DNA of 62,540 nucleotides, counting the filler, from Thermodesulfobacteriota bacterium (GTDB taxonomy: Bacteria; DASVDK01): assembly GCA_036381125.1 (NCBI GenBank). It is 4 parts of 4 records of this genome, joined end to end, with 100 filler letters (N's around TTAATTAATTAA, not from the genome) between each part and the next. Parts side by side here need not be neighbours in the genome. Positions count along the whole stretch, not along the records: positions 1 to 21,860 come from DASVDK010000221.1; positions 21,961 to 47,582 come from DASVDK010000223.1; 2 more parts are not named here. One strand, given 5' to 3'. Positions within the stretch are counted from its first letter, which is position 1. Each line of letters begins with the position of its first letter. The notes beneath the pieces were generated by a model. It was not told the origin of the DNA and ran no database searches. It saw only the letters and a list, made by a program, of their open reading frames with translations. Made by a program: the position numbers and the translations under genes. Shown here piece after piece: positions 19,078 through 30,518 of this stretch.

Positions 19078-20691
19078 CTAGGGCGCGACCGCCCTGGATC
19101 GCCCCGTGGCGGGCGCGCGTCTGGCCTGCTCCTTGGCGAGCTTGTACTCGATGGCGTCGATGAGGGCCTCCCAGGAGGCCTGGATGATGTTCTCGGAGAC
19201 GCCGACCGTCTCCCACTTGTCCTCGTGGTCGGCCGACTCGATGAGGACGCGCGTGACCGCGGCGGTGCCGTCGCGCCCGTTCAGGATGCGCACCTTGTAG
19301 TCGACGAGCCGCACCTCGCGCAGCTCGGGGTAGAAGCGCTCGAGCGCCTTGCGGAGCGCGCGGTCGAGGGCGTTGACCGGCCCGTCGCCGACGGCCGCGG
19401 TGTGCTCCACCTGGCCGTCGACCTTGACCATGACGGTCGCCTCGGCCAGGGTCGGCTCGTTCGGCGCGCGCTTCTCGTTGATGACCCGGAAGCCGACCAG
19501 CTCGAAGGCCGGCCCGTGCCGGCCGAGGGCGCGCTTCATGAGCAGCTCGAAGGAGCCCTCCGCGGCCTCGAACTGGTAGCCCCGGTTCTCGAGCCGCTTG
19601 ATCCGCTCGAGGACCTCCTGGACCACCGGGTCCTTGCCGGTGAGGTCGATCCCCATCTCGGCCGCCTTGGCCAGGATGTTGCTGCGGCCGGAGAGATCGG
19701 AGACGAGCACGCGCGTGCGGTTGCCGACCGCGCCGGGGTCGACGTGCTCGTAGGTACGCGAGTTGCGCTGCACGGCGCTCACGTGCACGCCCCCCTTGTG
19801 GGCGAACGCGGAGTCGCCGACGTAGGGCTGCCGCTTGAGCGGCTGGATGTTGGCCAGCTCGTACACGTAGCGCGAGACGTCCCGCAGCTTCGCGAGCTGC
19901 GCCGGGGTGACGACCTCGAAGCCGAGCTTGAGCTGGAGGTTCGCGATGATGGAGATCAGGTTCGCGTTGCCGCAGCGCTCGCCGAAGCCGTTGATGGTGC
20001 CCTGCACGTGGCGCGCGCCCGCCTCGACGGCGGCGAGGGCGTTGGCCACGGCCATCTCGGCGTCGTTGTGGGTGTGGATGCCGACCGGCCGGCCGAACCG
20101 GGCCGCCACCTCGCGCGTCAGGTCGGCGATGCGGCGCGGCATGCTGCCGCCGTTCGTGTCGCAGAGGACGAGGACGTCGGCGCCGGCCGAGGCGGCCGCC
20201 TCGAGCGTCCGCATGGCGTAGTCGGGGTTCGCCTCGTGGCCGTCGAAGAAGTGCTCGGCGTCGTAGACGACCTCGTCGACGCGGCCCTTGAGGAAGCGCA
20301 CCGAGTCGTGGATCAGCTCGAGGTTCTCCTCGAGCGGGATCCGGAGCGCCTCGCGGACGTGGAGGTCCCAGCTCTTGCCGAAGATCGTGACGACCGGCGT
20401 GTCGGCCTGGAGGAGCGCCTGGAGGTTCGGGTCGTCCTCGGCGCGGAGCTTCGAGCGCCGCGTCGAGCCGAAGGCGACCACGCGGGCCGCGGCGAAGCGC
20501 TCCTTGCGGACCGCGTCGAAGAAGTCGATGTCGCGCGGGTTCGAGCCGGGCCAGCCCCCCTCGATGTAGCGGATCCCGAGGTCGTCGAGCCGGTGGGCGA
20601 TCCGCACCTTGTCGGCCACCGAGAAGGCGACGTCCTCCCCTTGCGTGCCGTCGCGCAGCGTGGTGTCGTAGAGGTCGACCCGTTCGCCCAT
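19078..20691 (-). CDS. cimA: Citramalate synthase
   Basis: YDTTLRDGTQGE, EGGWPGSNPRD, YDAEHFFDG, HTHND, AFAHKGGVH, GDGPVNALD; follows lysC. Confidence 0.93.
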   Translation of the reverse strand: MGERVDLYDTTLRDGTQGEDVAFSVADKVRIAHRLDDLGIRYIEGGWPGSNPRDIDFFDAVRKERFAAARVVAFGSTRRSKLRAEDDPNLQALLQADTPVVTIFGKSWDLHVREALRIPLEENLELIHDSVRFLKGRVDEVVYDAEHFFDGHEANPDYAMRTLEAAASAGADVLVLCDTNGGSMPRRIADLTREVAARFGRPVGIHTHNDAEMAVANALAAVEAGARHVQGTINGFGERCGNANLISIIANLQLKLGFEVVTPAQLAKLRDVSRYVYELANIQPLKRQPYVGDSAFAHKGGVHVSAVQRNSRTYEHVDPGAVGNRTRVLVSDLSGRSNILAKAAEMGIDLTGKDPVVQEVLERIKRLENRGYQFEAAEGSFELLMKRALGRHGPAFELVGFRVINEKRAPNEPTLAEATVMVKVDGQVEHTAAVGDGPVNALDRALRKALERFYPELREVRLVDYKVRILNGRDGTAAVTRVLIESADHEDKWETVGVSENIIQASWEALIDAIEYKLAKEQARRAPATGRSRAVAP

Positions 20692-20695
20692 CCCG

Positions 20696-21860
<1,165 letters not shown>

Positions 21861-21960
21861 NNNNNNNNNNNNNNNNNNNNNNNNNNNNNNNNNNNNNNNN
21901 NNNNTTAATTAATTAANNNNNNNNNNNNNNNNNNNNNNNNNNNNNNNNNNNNNNNNNNNN
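21861..21960. other. Artificial contig-joining spacer N44-TTAATTAATTAA-N44
   Basis: N runs flanking an all-frame stop linker. Confidence 0.98.
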
Positions 21961-22418
21961 AGGGCCCGGACGGGCTGCGGGGCCGCCGCGTCCTCGTCCC
22001 GCGCGCCAGGGACGCCCGGGAGGTCGTGCCGGCCGCGCTGGCGGAGCGGGGGGCGCAGGTGGACGTCGTCACCGCCTATCGAAACGTCCTGCCCGACCGG
22101 AGCGCCGCCGCCGGCGTGCGCAGCCTCCTCGAAGCGGGACGGATCGACGCGGTAACCTTCACGTCCGCCTCCACCGTACGCAACCTGGTCGAGATGCTGG
22201 GACGCGAGGCGGCGCCGGCCCTCCTGGCGGGCACCGTGGTCGCCGCCATCGGGCCGCTGACGGCCGAGGCGGCGGCCGCCGCCGGCGTTCGGGTCGATCT
22301 CGTGCCCGAGGCCGCCACGATCCCGGCCCTCACGCGCGCCCTCGTTGCGCGGTTCGCCGGGGAGGCCGAGCGCGGCCGGGCGGCCTCCGCGGCCGGAGGC
22401 AGGGGAGGGATGCCATGA
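21961..22418 (+). CDS. hemD: Uroporphyrinogen-III synthase (HemD domain, 5' partial; possibly a CobA-HemD fusion)
   Basis: RVLVPRA..AREV, VDVVTAYRN, DAVTFTSASTVRN, AAIGPLTA; upstream of hemB. Confidence 0.88.
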
Positions 22419-23419
22419 TCGTCGGGACGAAGGACACGGCGCTGCCGCTCGTTCGGCGGCCGCGGCGCCTCAGGGCGACCGAGGGCCTGCGGGCCATGGC
22501 GCGCGAGACGACCCTGTCCGTGGATCGGCTCGTCTACCCGCTGTTCGCCACCGGCGGCCGGAGCGTCCGCCGGGAGATCGAGGCGATGCCGGGCGTGTAC
22601 CAGATGTCTGCCGAGCACCTGACCGAGGAGGCGGCGGCGGCGTTCGAGGCGGGCGTGCGGTACGTGCTCCTCTTCGGCGTGCCGGACCGCAAGGACGACG
22701 TGGCGTCGGCCGCGTACGACCCGAACGGCGTCGTGCCCGAGGCGGTGCGCGCGATCAAGCGCGCGGTCCCCGGCCTCACCGTGATCACCGACGTCTGCCT
22801 CTGCGCCTACACGAGCCACGGGCACTGCGGCGTGGTCCGCGACGGCGCGATCCACAACGACCAGTCCGTGGAGCTGCTCGCCCGAACGGCGCTGGCCCAC
22901 GCGAAGGCGGGGGCCGACATGGTGGCGCCCTCCGACATGATGGACGGCCGCGTCGGCGCGATGCGCCGGGCGCTCGACGCCGAGGGGCTCGAGACGACGC
23001 CCATCATGGCCTACTCGGCCAAGTTCGCGTCGGCCTTCTACGGCCCCTTCCGCGAGGCCCAGGACTCCGCGCCGGCCTTCGGCGACCGGCGCGGCTACCA
23101 GATGGACCCGGCCAACGCGCGCGAGGCGCTGGTCGAGGTGGCGCTCGACGTCGAGGAGGGGGCCGACATCGTCATGGTGAAGCCGGCGCTCGCGTACCTC
23201 GACGTGATCCGGCGGGTGCGGGAGGCCTGCGAGCTGCCGGTGGCCGCCTACAACGTGAGCGGCGAGTACGCGATGGTCAAGGCCGCGGCCGAGCGGGGCT
23301 GGATCGACCACGACCGGGTCGTGCTGGAGATGCTGACCGGCTTCCGGCGCGCCGGGGCCGACCTGATCATCACCTACTTCGCGAAGGACGCCGCGCGGCT
23401 CCTCTCGGGCGGGCGGTAG
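22415..23419 (+). CDS. hemB: Porphobilinogen synthase
   Basis: RPRRLR, DVCLCAYTSHGHCG, APSDMMDGR, YGPFREA, YQMDPAN, MVKP. Confidence 0.97.
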   Translation: MIVGTKDTALPLVRRPRRLRATEGLRAMARETTLSVDRLVYPLFATGGRSVRREIEAMPGVYQMSAEHLTEEAAAAFEAGVRYVLLFGVPDRKDDVASAAYDPNGVVPEAVRAIKRAVPGLTVITDVCLCAYTSHGHCGVVRDGAIHNDQSVELLARTALAHAKAGADMVAPSDMMDGRVGAMRRALDAEGLETTPIMAYSAKFASAFYGPFREAQDSAPAFGDRRGYQMDPANAREALVEVALDVEEGADIVMVKPALAYLDVIRRVREACELPVAAYNVSGEYAMVKAAAERGWIDHDRVVLEMLTGFRRAGADLIITYFAKDAARLLSGGR

Positions 23420-23423
23420 CGCG

Positions 23424-23615
23424 GTGGCGAAAGGGGTCTCCTACAAGGTGATCGAGGTCTCGACGGTCACCGACGAGGAGCTCGAGCGGGTGCTGAACGA
23501 GTGGACGCCCCAGGGGTGGGAGCTCGACCGGGTGCAGTTCGTCGTGCGCGAGGCGAGCAAGCGCCCCTCGATGGCGTTCGTCTTCCTCACCCGGGCGTCC
23601 GAGGACGCGGAATGA
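23424..23615 (+). CDS. Small DUF4177-like protein
   Basis: YKVIEV...LERVLNEWTPQGWEL pattern; coupled to neighbouring genes. Confidence 0.7.
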   Translation: MAKGVSYKVIEVSTVTDEELERVLNEWTPQGWELDRVQFVVREASKRPSMAFVFLTRASEDAE

Positions 23616-24028
23616 CCTTCAACCGCCTCCTCGCCAAGGTCCTCGACCTCCTCGTCGTGGCGGCGCTGGCGACCTTCCCCGGGTGGGTCGGCGACGCCGC
23701 CGGGCTCACCTACGCCCTCGTGGCCGACGGCCTCTTCGAGGGGCAGAGCCTCGGCAAGCGGGTCGTCGGCCTGCGGGTCGTGGGGGCGTCGGGCCTTCCC
23801 TGCACGTTCCTCCAGAGCGTCCAGCGCAACCTCACCGTGGCGGTCGGCGTGCTCCTCATGCTGCAGCGCGTGCCGTTCGTCTGGTGGCTCTTCTGGCTCG
23901 TCGGCGCGCTCGTCCTGCTGTTCGAAGCGTTCCTGGCCGCGACCGACGACGAGGCGCTCCGGCTGGGCGACCGGCTCGCCGAGACGCAGATCGTCGTCGC
24001 CCCTCGGCTCGGCGCGCCGCGCGTCTGA
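23612..24028 (+). CDS. RDD-family membrane protein
   Basis: RLLAKVLD, GQSLGKRVVGLRVV, RLGDRLAETQIV. Confidence 0.85.
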   Translation: MTFNRLLAKVLDLLVVAALATFPGWVGDAAGLTYALVADGLFEGQSLGKRVVGLRVVGASGLPCTFLQSVQRNLTVAVGVLLMLQRVPFVWWLFWLVGALVLLFEAFLAATDDEALRLGDRLAETQIVVAPRLGAPRV

Positions 24029-24244
24029 CGGCCGGCCCCTCCTTCCGCTCGTCGCGCTCGTCCGGACCGACGGCCTCCTCGCCGCGCGCGCCCGCGCGCG
24101 TCGGCGGCGCCCTGGCGCCGCGCGGCGCCGGGGCGAACGGTTCCTGACGCGGTCACGCGCCTGGTGTACACTCCGCGCACGATGTTGACGCGACGCGTGT
24201 GCGGCGCCCCCGCCGGCTTCCGACCGACCGCCATCCTTGCTGCG

Positions 24245-25108
24245 ATGGTCGCGACGAACTTCCGCCGCACCGTACCCGCACCGGGCGTCTACCGCCCCGC
24301 CCCGGCCGGCTCGCCGGGACAGGTCACGTACGTCGGCCACGCCACCTGCCTCGCCGAGCTGCCCGGATTCACCGCGCTCTTCGACCCGATCTGGTCGTCG
24401 CGGGTGATCCTGCCGAAGCGGCTCGTCGCACCGGGCGTCGCGCTCGAGGCGCTGCCGGACGTGGACGCCGTGCTGGTGACGCACGCACACCTCGACCACT
24501 GCGATCGGCCCTCGCTGAGGGCGCTCGCGCGCCGCGTCCCGTCGGCCACGCTCGTCACGCCTCGCGGCTTCGACGACCTCGCCCGCGATCTCGGCTTCGC
24601 CCGTCACGTCGAGCTGGCCATGTGGGAGTCCCGGGCGGTGGGCGCCGGGCGGGTGACGCTCGTGCCGGCGCGGCACTGGGGCAAGCGGAGCGGTTGGGAC
24701 ACCGGCAGGCGCGGCTTCGGCGGCTTCGTCGTCGAGGCGGGCGGCCGGGCCGTCATGCACGCGGGCGACACCGCCTACTTCGGCGGCTTCGCCGAGATCG
24801 GCGCCCGCTTCCCGCGGCTCGACGTCGCCATGCTGCCGATCGGCGCCTACTCGCCCCCCGCCTTCCGCAGCGTGCACTGCGACCCCGACGACGCCGTGCG
24901 CGCCTTCGTCGACCTCGGCGCCGCGCGCATGGTGCCGATCCACTGGGGGACGTTCGTCCTCTCCTGCGAGGCGGTCGACGAGCCGATGAGGCGACTCGCC
25001 GCGCTCGTCGCCGGCACGCCGCTCGAGGCGCGCGTCGCGCGCCTGCGCCACGGCGAGAGCGTCGTCCTCGATCCGCTGCCGGCCGCTCCCGCGCCGCCGG
25101 CCCGATAG
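24245..25108 (+). CDS. MBL-fold metallo-hydrolase (NAPE-PLD/RomA-like)
   Basis: YVGHAT, THAHLDHCD, HAGDTAY, LPIGAY, PIHWGTF; start codon uncertain. Confidence 0.88.
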   Translation: MVATNFRRTVPAPGVYRPAPAGSPGQVTYVGHATCLAELPGFTALFDPIWSSRVILPKRLVAPGVALEALPDVDAVLVTHAHLDHCDRPSLRALARRVPSATLVTPRGFDDLARDLGFARHVELAMWESRAVGAGRVTLVPARHWGKRSGWDTGRRGFGGFVVEAGGRAVMHAGDTAYFGGFAEIGARFPRLDVAMLPIGAYSPPAFRSVHCDPDDAVRAFVDLGAARMVPIHWGTFVLSCEAVDEPMRRLAALVAGTPLEARVARLRHGESVVLDPLPAAPAPPAR

Positions 25109-25161
25109 TCCGCGCGCCGACCGGCGCGCGGCGCGTCGTCGTGTCGCGATAGGATAGAGGC

Positions 25162-25647
25162 ATGCAGCAGCCGGCGCACCTCCGCCTGCGCGCCGCTCGC
25201 GAGGCGCTCGGTCTCTCGGATGCCGAGGTCGCCGGTCGTACCGGCCTCGCCCTTGCCGACTACGCACACCTCGAGGCCAGCGCCGACGCAGTGCGGCAGG
25301 GGGTCGACCTGCGGCACCTCAAGCGCGTCTGCGAGCTGCTCGGGCTCGACCTCTGGGACCTCCTCGGCCTGCGCTGCGGCTACTGCCGGGGCAAGGGGAG
25401 GCCGGCGCGCGAGCTCGCGAGCCCGGCGCGGCACGAACTGATCCGCGCGCGCCGCGACGCGCTCGGCCTGGCCCGCGACGCGCTCGCCGCACGCCTCGAC
25501 GTGCGGATCGAGGCCATCGACTCGATGATGCGCGACCCGAACTTCCTCGACACCTGGCCCGCCGCCTTCGTGGAGGACCTCGCCCGCACGCTCGAGGTGC
25601 CGGTGCAGGCGCTCCTCGACGTCCCCTGCCCGCGGTGCTGGCGGTGA
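25162..25647 (+). CDS. Tandem XRE-like HTH protein, each HTH followed by a CxxC motif
   Basis: LRAAREALGLSDAEVAGRTG...CGYC and IRARRDALGLARDALAARLD...CPRC. Confidence 0.72.
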   Translation: MQQPAHLRLRAAREALGLSDAEVAGRTGLALADYAHLEASADAVRQGVDLRHLKRVCELLGLDLWDLLGLRCGYCRGKGRPARELASPARHELIRARRDALGLARDALAARLDVRIEAIDSMMRDPNFLDTWPAAFVEDLARTLEVPVQALLDVPCPRCWR

Positions 25648-25842
25648 CTCCGTGCTGCCGGCGGCGGTTACGGCGGGCCGGCGTCCGGGAGCGCTCCCCG
25701 CAGGCGCGCTCGCCGCGTGATCCCGGGGATGCCGAGGCATGCGGTTGCGGCGATGCGTCTCGAGCGGCGCCGCGAACCCACGCGGCCCAGCGGCCGGCCG
25801 GCGGCCGAAGACGGCCGGGCGGCTCCGGCGGTGGACGACCCG

Positions 25843-26589
25843 TCAGCGAGGGGCGAGATGCAGCGCGAGGGAGACCTCGACCTCGTCCCGGACCTTGACG
25901 AGCCCTCCGGCCACGCGCTGCGGCTCGATGCCGAAGTCGGTCTGCCGGATGCGCGTCCGCCCCCGGGCGACGAGTCCGCCGTTCGACGCCTCCACCGCGA
26001 TGGGAAGGCTGACTCGTCTCGTCCGGCCGTGCAGCGTGAGGTCGCCGGTCACCCGGGTGATCGCCTCGGGTCCGGTCCCGACACCGTTCGGCTCGACGGC
26101 GGTCGGACGGAAGCGGATGACCGGGTAGCGGCCGGTGTCGAGGCCGTCGGGACCGTGGAAGATCCGCCGGACCTTCTCGAGGTCGTCGCCCGACGGACCC
26201 CCGCCGAGGGCGGCGCGTTGGCGCGCCTCCGGGGTGTCGATCTGGAGCGCCGTCGCGTCGATGACGATCTCCCCCTGGAGACGCTCCCCGGGCGGCGCGT
26301 CGGGCAGGTAGCGCATCGCCCCGGAGACCTGCCGCGCCTCGACGGCGTGGTCGTGGCCGAGGAACCCGAAGAGGCCGTCGGCCCCGGTGACGGCGAGGAG
26401 GTACGTGTCGGACGGCTCGACGGCGTAGCGTGCCGCTGCGGCGCGTGCCGCTGCGGCGCGTGCCGCTGTGGCGCGTGCCGCCGCGGCGGTCGTCGGGCCG
26501 GCGACGAGGACCGCCGAGAGCGCGAGGATCAGGAGTCGGGGAGCGATCGGCGCAGCTCGAGGGTGCACGCGAGCCTCCTGGGGCGCCAT
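25843..26589 (-). CDS. YceI-family lipid/polyisoprenoid-binding protein
   Basis: Signal peptide; GHDH; LDTGRYPVIRF; VTGDLTLHGRTR; IRQTDFGIEP. Confidence 0.88.
   Translation of the reverse strand: MAPQEARVHPRAAPIAPRLLILALSAVLVAGPTTAAAARATAARAAAARAAAARYAVEPSDTYLLAVTGADGLFGFLGHDHAVEARQVSGAMRYLPDAPPGERLQGEIVIDATALQIDTPEARQRAALGGGPSGDDLEKVRRIFHGPDGLDTGRYPVIRFRPTAVEPNGVGTGPEAITRVTGDLTLHGRTRRVSLPIAVEASNGGLVARGRTRIRQTDFGIEPQRVAGGLVKVRDEVEVSLALHLAPR
26428..26487. repeat. Four tandem 15-bp repeats (GCGTGCCGCTGCGGC) encoding AAARA units after the YceI signal peptide
   Basis: Units at 26428, 26443, 26458 and 26473. Confidence 0.85.
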
Positions 26590-26753
26590 GCGACGGTCTG
26601 CCGGGCTGCAGGGTGCAACGCGCCTGCCCAGGACCCGTGATCTCGGAGCCTGGACGCTGCGGCCCGCGGCGTGCGCGTCGCTCGCCTGCGGAGCGCGGCT
26701 CGCGGCGGCCTCGGGCCGCGCTCCGTCGGGGCCGAGCCGCCCCGACCGCGACG

Positions 26754-27590
26754 CTAGAACGTCAGCGCCTCGCCGGGGTCGATCGGGAACACCTTCGTCG
26801 CCGTCCCGCTGCCGAGCGCCGCCTGGTACTCCTGCGGCGTCCCCTTGAGGACCGGGAAGGTGCCGTAGTGGATCGGGAGGGCGAAGCTGGGCTTGAGCAT
26901 CTCGCGCGTCGCGTAGGCGGCGTCCTGCGGGCTCATGACGAAGTGGCCGCCGATGGGGATGAGGACGAGGTCGGGCTTGTAGTACTCGCCGATCAGCCGC
27001 ATGTCGCCGAAGAGGCCGGTGTCGCCCATGTGGTAGAGCGTGAACCCGTTCTCGAGCTCCACGATGAAGCCGACCGGCGTGCCGCCCGCGTAGATCCGCC
27101 GCTCCCTGGTCTTCGGGTCGGTCACCACGACCTCGGACGAGTGCTCGGCGCGCACCTGGGTGATCTTGATCCGCGGGCCGGCCGGCGTGACGGTGCCGCT
27201 CTTGTTGAAGCGGACGGTCTGCTCCAGGGGGACCCAGCCGAGGGTCACCATCGTGTCGATGAGCCCCGCGTTGCCGAGTACCCTGGCGCCGGTCCGCCTG
27301 GCGAGCTCCGCCACGTCGCCGGTGTGGTCGCCGTGGCCGTGCGTGACGAGGATCAGGTCGACCTTGCCGAGGGCGTCGAGCTTCCTGTACCGGTCGGGCG
27401 TCTTGGGGTTCTGGGTGAGGAAGGGGTCGATCACGATCACGGTGCCGCTCGGCGAGGTGATCCGCGTCGCGGCCTGGCCGAGCCAGAGGACCTCGGCCTT
27501 CGCGCCCTGCTGGGCGCGCACGGGACCCGCCGCCAGCGTGAAGGTGGCCGCGCCGGCCAGCTTGAGGAACTCACGTCGGTCGGTCAGCAT
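26754..27590 (-). CDS. Tat-exported metal-dependent hydrolase (UPF0173/MBL fold)
   Basis: MLTDRREFLK twin-arginine signal; IDPFL; THGHGDH; YHMGDTGLF; PIHYGTFP. Confidence 0.9.
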   Translation of the reverse strand: MLTDRREFLKLAGAATFTLAAGPVRAQQGAKAEVLWLGQAATRITSPSGTVIVIDPFLTQNPKTPDRYRKLDALGKVDLILVTHGHGDHTGDVAELARRTGARVLGNAGLIDTMVTLGWVPLEQTVRFNKSGTVTPAGPRIKITQVRAEHSSEVVVTDPKTRERRIYAGGTPVGFIVELENGFTLYHMGDTGLFGDMRLIGEYYKPDLVLIPIGGHFVMSPQDAAYATREMLKPSFALPIHYGTFPVLKGTPQEYQAALGSGTATKVFPIDPGEALTF

Positions 27591-27645
27591 GTCGCCTCCT
27601 TGGAGGGTGCCACGCCCCCATCCTACTACGGGCCCCGCTGCCCGG

Positions 27646-27674
27646 TTGACGCTTCGCGGCCCTCGTCTTACAGT
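27646..27674 (+). promoter_or_regulatory. sigma70 promoter of polA, 6 nt before ATG (leaderless)
   Basis: TTGACG-N17-TACAGT-cgcggg-ATG. Confidence 0.65.
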
Positions 27675-27680
27675 CGCGGG

Positions 27681-30455
27681 ATGGCCACCAGGCGGACCCT
27701 GGCCCTGATCGACGGCCACGCCTACATCTACCGGGCATTCCACGCGATCCAGTCCCTGTCGAACTCGCGCGGGTTCCCGACGAACGCCGTCTTCGGGTTC
27801 CACTCGATGATCCAGAAGGTCCTGTCGGACATCCGACCTGACGCGGCGGTCGTGTGCCTCGACGCGGGCGACTCGGGCCGGGTCACGGCGTACGCGGACT
27901 ACAAGGCGAACCGCGCCCCCATGGCCGACGACCTGTCGGTGCAGATCCCCAAGATCATGGCGCTGCTCGAGGGATGGCGGCTGCCGACGCTCGCCCTCGA
28001 GGGGTACGAGGCGGACGACGTCATCGGGACGCTGGCGCGCAAGGCGGTCGACGCCGGCTACGAGGTCGTGATCGTCTCCTCCGACAAGGACATGCTCCAG
28101 CTCGTCGGGCCGCACGTGCGGGTCTTCGAGGGGATGAAGGGCGTCCTGATGGCCGAGCCGGAGGTCGAGGCGAAGTTCGGCGTCGGGCCGGCGCAGGTGC
28201 CCGACGTGCTCGGGCTCGCGGGCGACGCGATCGACAACATCCCGGGCGTGCCCGGTATCGGCCTGAAGGGGGCGGCCGAGCTGATCAGGAAGTACGGCGA
28301 CATGGAGAACCTCCTCGCCCACGCCGACGAGGTCTCCGGCCCCAAGCGGCGCGAGAGCCTCAAGGCCAACGCCGAGACGGCGCGCCTGTCGCGCGAGCTG
28401 GCCCGCATCAGGACCGACCTGCCGATCGACTGCGACCTCGAGGCGTTCGCGCGCCGGGAGCCGGACGCGCCGGCCCTGGCGGCGCTCTACCGGGAGCTCG
28501 AGTTCGGTCGCGCCCTGCGCGACCTCCTGGCAAGGCACCCGGAGCTGGCCGATGCCCCGCAGACGACCGGGCCGGCTCTGCCGACCCACACGGGCAACGG
28601 GGCGGCGGCGAACGCCGCCGAGCCGTCGGTCGCCTCGGACGCCGGCGCCGGCCGTCCCTTCGGCTTCGCCCGCACGGCGGAGGACCTGGCGCGGCTCGCG
28701 GCCGACATCCGGGCGGCGGGATCGGTCGCCCTGTACGCGTTGATCGACCGCGACGACGCCGTGCGCGGGACCATCGTCGGGCTCGCCCTGCACCCGGCCG
28801 ACCACCCGGCCCGGTACGTCCCGCTGCGGCACGAGGGGGCGCTCGGCAGCGCGGCGCCGGGGCAGGCGTCGCAGGGCGACCTCGTGGACCACCTCGGGCC
28901 GGTCCTGGCCGACCCGGCGACGCGGGTGCTCGCGGCGGAGCTCAAGCCGGTGCTCCTCGCCCTCGGCCGCCTCGGGCTGCCGGCGCCGGCCGGGCCGCGC
29001 GACGACCTGTCGCTCGCCTCCTACCTCCTCGACCCGGGCAAGCGGCACGACCTGGACCACCTGGCGGCCGACCACCTCTCGGTCGCCCGGTCGCGTCCCG
29101 ACCTCGGCTCCGGCGCCAGGGCGCTCCCGCTCGCGCAACTGCCGGAGGACCGCGCGCGCGACGTCGCGTGCGAGTCCGCCGTGCTGGTGACGCGCCTTGC
29201 GGCCCGGCTGCTGCCGCGCCTCGAGCCGGAGGGGCTCGCGGGGCTCTACCACGACCTCGAGGTGCCGCTCGTGCCGGTGCTCGTGAAGATGGAGCGGGCC
29301 GGCATCGCGGTCGACCTCTCGCTCCTCGCCCGGCTCTCGAAGGAGATCGCGGCCGAGCTGGAGCGGATCACGAAGGAGATCTACGAGCTGGCGGGGCAGC
29401 GCTTCTCGATCGGGTCGCCCGTCCAGCTCCGCACGGTGCTCTTCGAGACGCTGAAGCTGCCGGTCATCAAGCGAACCAAGACCGGCCCTTCGACCGACGC
29501 CGACGTGCTCCGCCAGCTCGCCCCGCTGCATCCGCTCCCGGCGAAGATCCTCGAGCACCGCAGCCTCGACAAGCTCAGGGGCACGTACGTCGACGCGCTG
29601 CCGCTGCTCGTGGACCGCGAGACGGGCCGCGTCCACACGACCTTCAACCAGACGGTGGCCGAGACCGGGCGGCTCTCCTCCGACTCCCCGAACCTCCAGA
29701 ACATCCCGATCCGGACCGAGCTGGGCCGCCGCATCCGGAGCGCCTTCGTCGCGCCCCCCGGACACCGCCTCGTCTCGGTAGACTACTCGCAGATCGAGCT
29801 GCGGATCCTCGCGCACCTCTCGCAGGACCCGCTCCTCCTCGAGGCCTACCGGGAGGCGAAGGACATCCACGTCCGCACGGCGTGCCAGCTCTTCGACGTG
29901 ATGCCGTCGGAGGTGACGCCCGATCAGCGCCGGCAGGCGAAGACGGTGAACTTCGCCGTCATCTACGGCATCGGGGCCTTCAGCCTCGCCAACGACCTCG
30001 GGATCGAGGTCAAGGACGCGCAGGCCTTGATCACGCGGTACTTCGAGACGTACGCCGGCGTCCGCCGCTACCGGGAGCAGGCGCTGGCCGAGGCGCGGGC
30101 GACCGGCGTCGTCACGACGCTGTTCGGGCGCAAGCGATACGTCCCCGACCTGAACGCCGACAACCGCAACGTGCGCGCCTACGCCGAGCGCGTGGCGCTC
30201 AACACGCCGATCCAGGGCTCCGCCGCCGACTTCATCAAGCGCGCGATGCTGGTCGTCGATCGGCGGCTCACGGAGGAGCGCCTGGCCTCGCGGCTCCTGC
30301 TGCAGGTGCACGACGAGCTGCTCTTCGAGGCGCCGGAGGCGGAGGTCGAGCGGCTGGGAGCGCTCGCCAAGGCGGCCATGGAAGGGGTGGCCAGGTTGAC
30401 CGTGCCGCTGGTCGCCGAGGTCGGGGTCGGTCGGACGTGGGCCGAAGCGCACTAG
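27681..30455 (+). CDS. polA: DNA polymerase I
   Basis: LIDGHAYIYRAFHA, YKANR, EADDVIG, DNIPGVPGIG, TGRLSSDSPNLQNIP, DYSQIELRILAH, KTVNFAVIYG, QVHDEL. Confidence 0.98.
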   Translation: MATRRTLALIDGHAYIYRAFHAIQSLSNSRGFPTNAVFGFHSMIQKVLSDIRPDAAVVCLDAGDSGRVTAYADYKANRAPMADDLSVQIPKIMALLEGWRLPTLALEGYEADDVIGTLARKAVDAGYEVVIVSSDKDMLQLVGPHVRVFEGMKGVLMAEPEVEAKFGVGPAQVPDVLGLAGDAIDNIPGVPGIGLKGAAELIRKYGDMENLLAHADEVSGPKRRESLKANAETARLSRELARIRTDLPIDCDLEAFARREPDAPALAALYRELEFGRALRDLLARHPELADAPQTTGPALPTHTGNGAAANAAEPSVASDAGAGRPFGFARTAEDLARLAADIRAAGSVALYALIDRDDAVRGTIVGLALHPADHPARYVPLRHEGALGSAAPGQASQGDLVDHLGPVLADPATRVLAAELKPVLLALGRLGLPAPAGPRDDLSLASYLLDPGKRHDLDHLAADHLSVARSRPDLGSGARALPLAQLPEDRARDVACESAVLVTRLAARLLPRLEPEGLAGLYHDLEVPLVPVLVKMERAGIAVDLSLLARLSKEIAAELERITKEIYELAGQRFSIGSPVQLRTVLFETLKLPVIKRTKTGPSTDADVLRQLAPLHPLPAKILEHRSLDKLRGTYVDALPLLVDRETGRVHTTFNQTVAETGRLSSDSPNLQNIPIRTELGRRIRSAFVAPPGHRLVSVDYSQIELRILAHLSQDPLLLEAYREAKDIHVRTACQLFDVMPSEVTPDQRRQAKTVNFAVIYGIGAFSLANDLGIEVKDAQALITRYFETYAGVRRYREQALAEARATGVVTTLFGRKRYVPDLNADNRNVRAYAERVALNTPIQGSAADFIKRAMLVVDRRLTEERLASRLLLQVHDELLFEAPEAEVERLGALAKAAMEGVARLTVPLVAEVGVGRTWAEAH

Positions 30456-30481
30456 GGACGGGACGGCCATGGCCCGGCGTC

Positions 30482-30508
30482 GAATCGGTATCCCGACGCG
30501 CCGTCTAA
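30482..30508 (+). promoter_or_regulatory. Putative ECF (sigmaE-type) autoregulated promoter
   Basis: GAATC-N16-GTCTAA directly upstream of the ECF sigma gene. Confidence 0.55.
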
Positions 30509-30518
30509 CGGGCGTGAG

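Noticed and set aside
28640-29260. Degenerate 3'-5' exonuclease domain in PolA
   Set aside because: Common in many bacterial Pol I enzymes.
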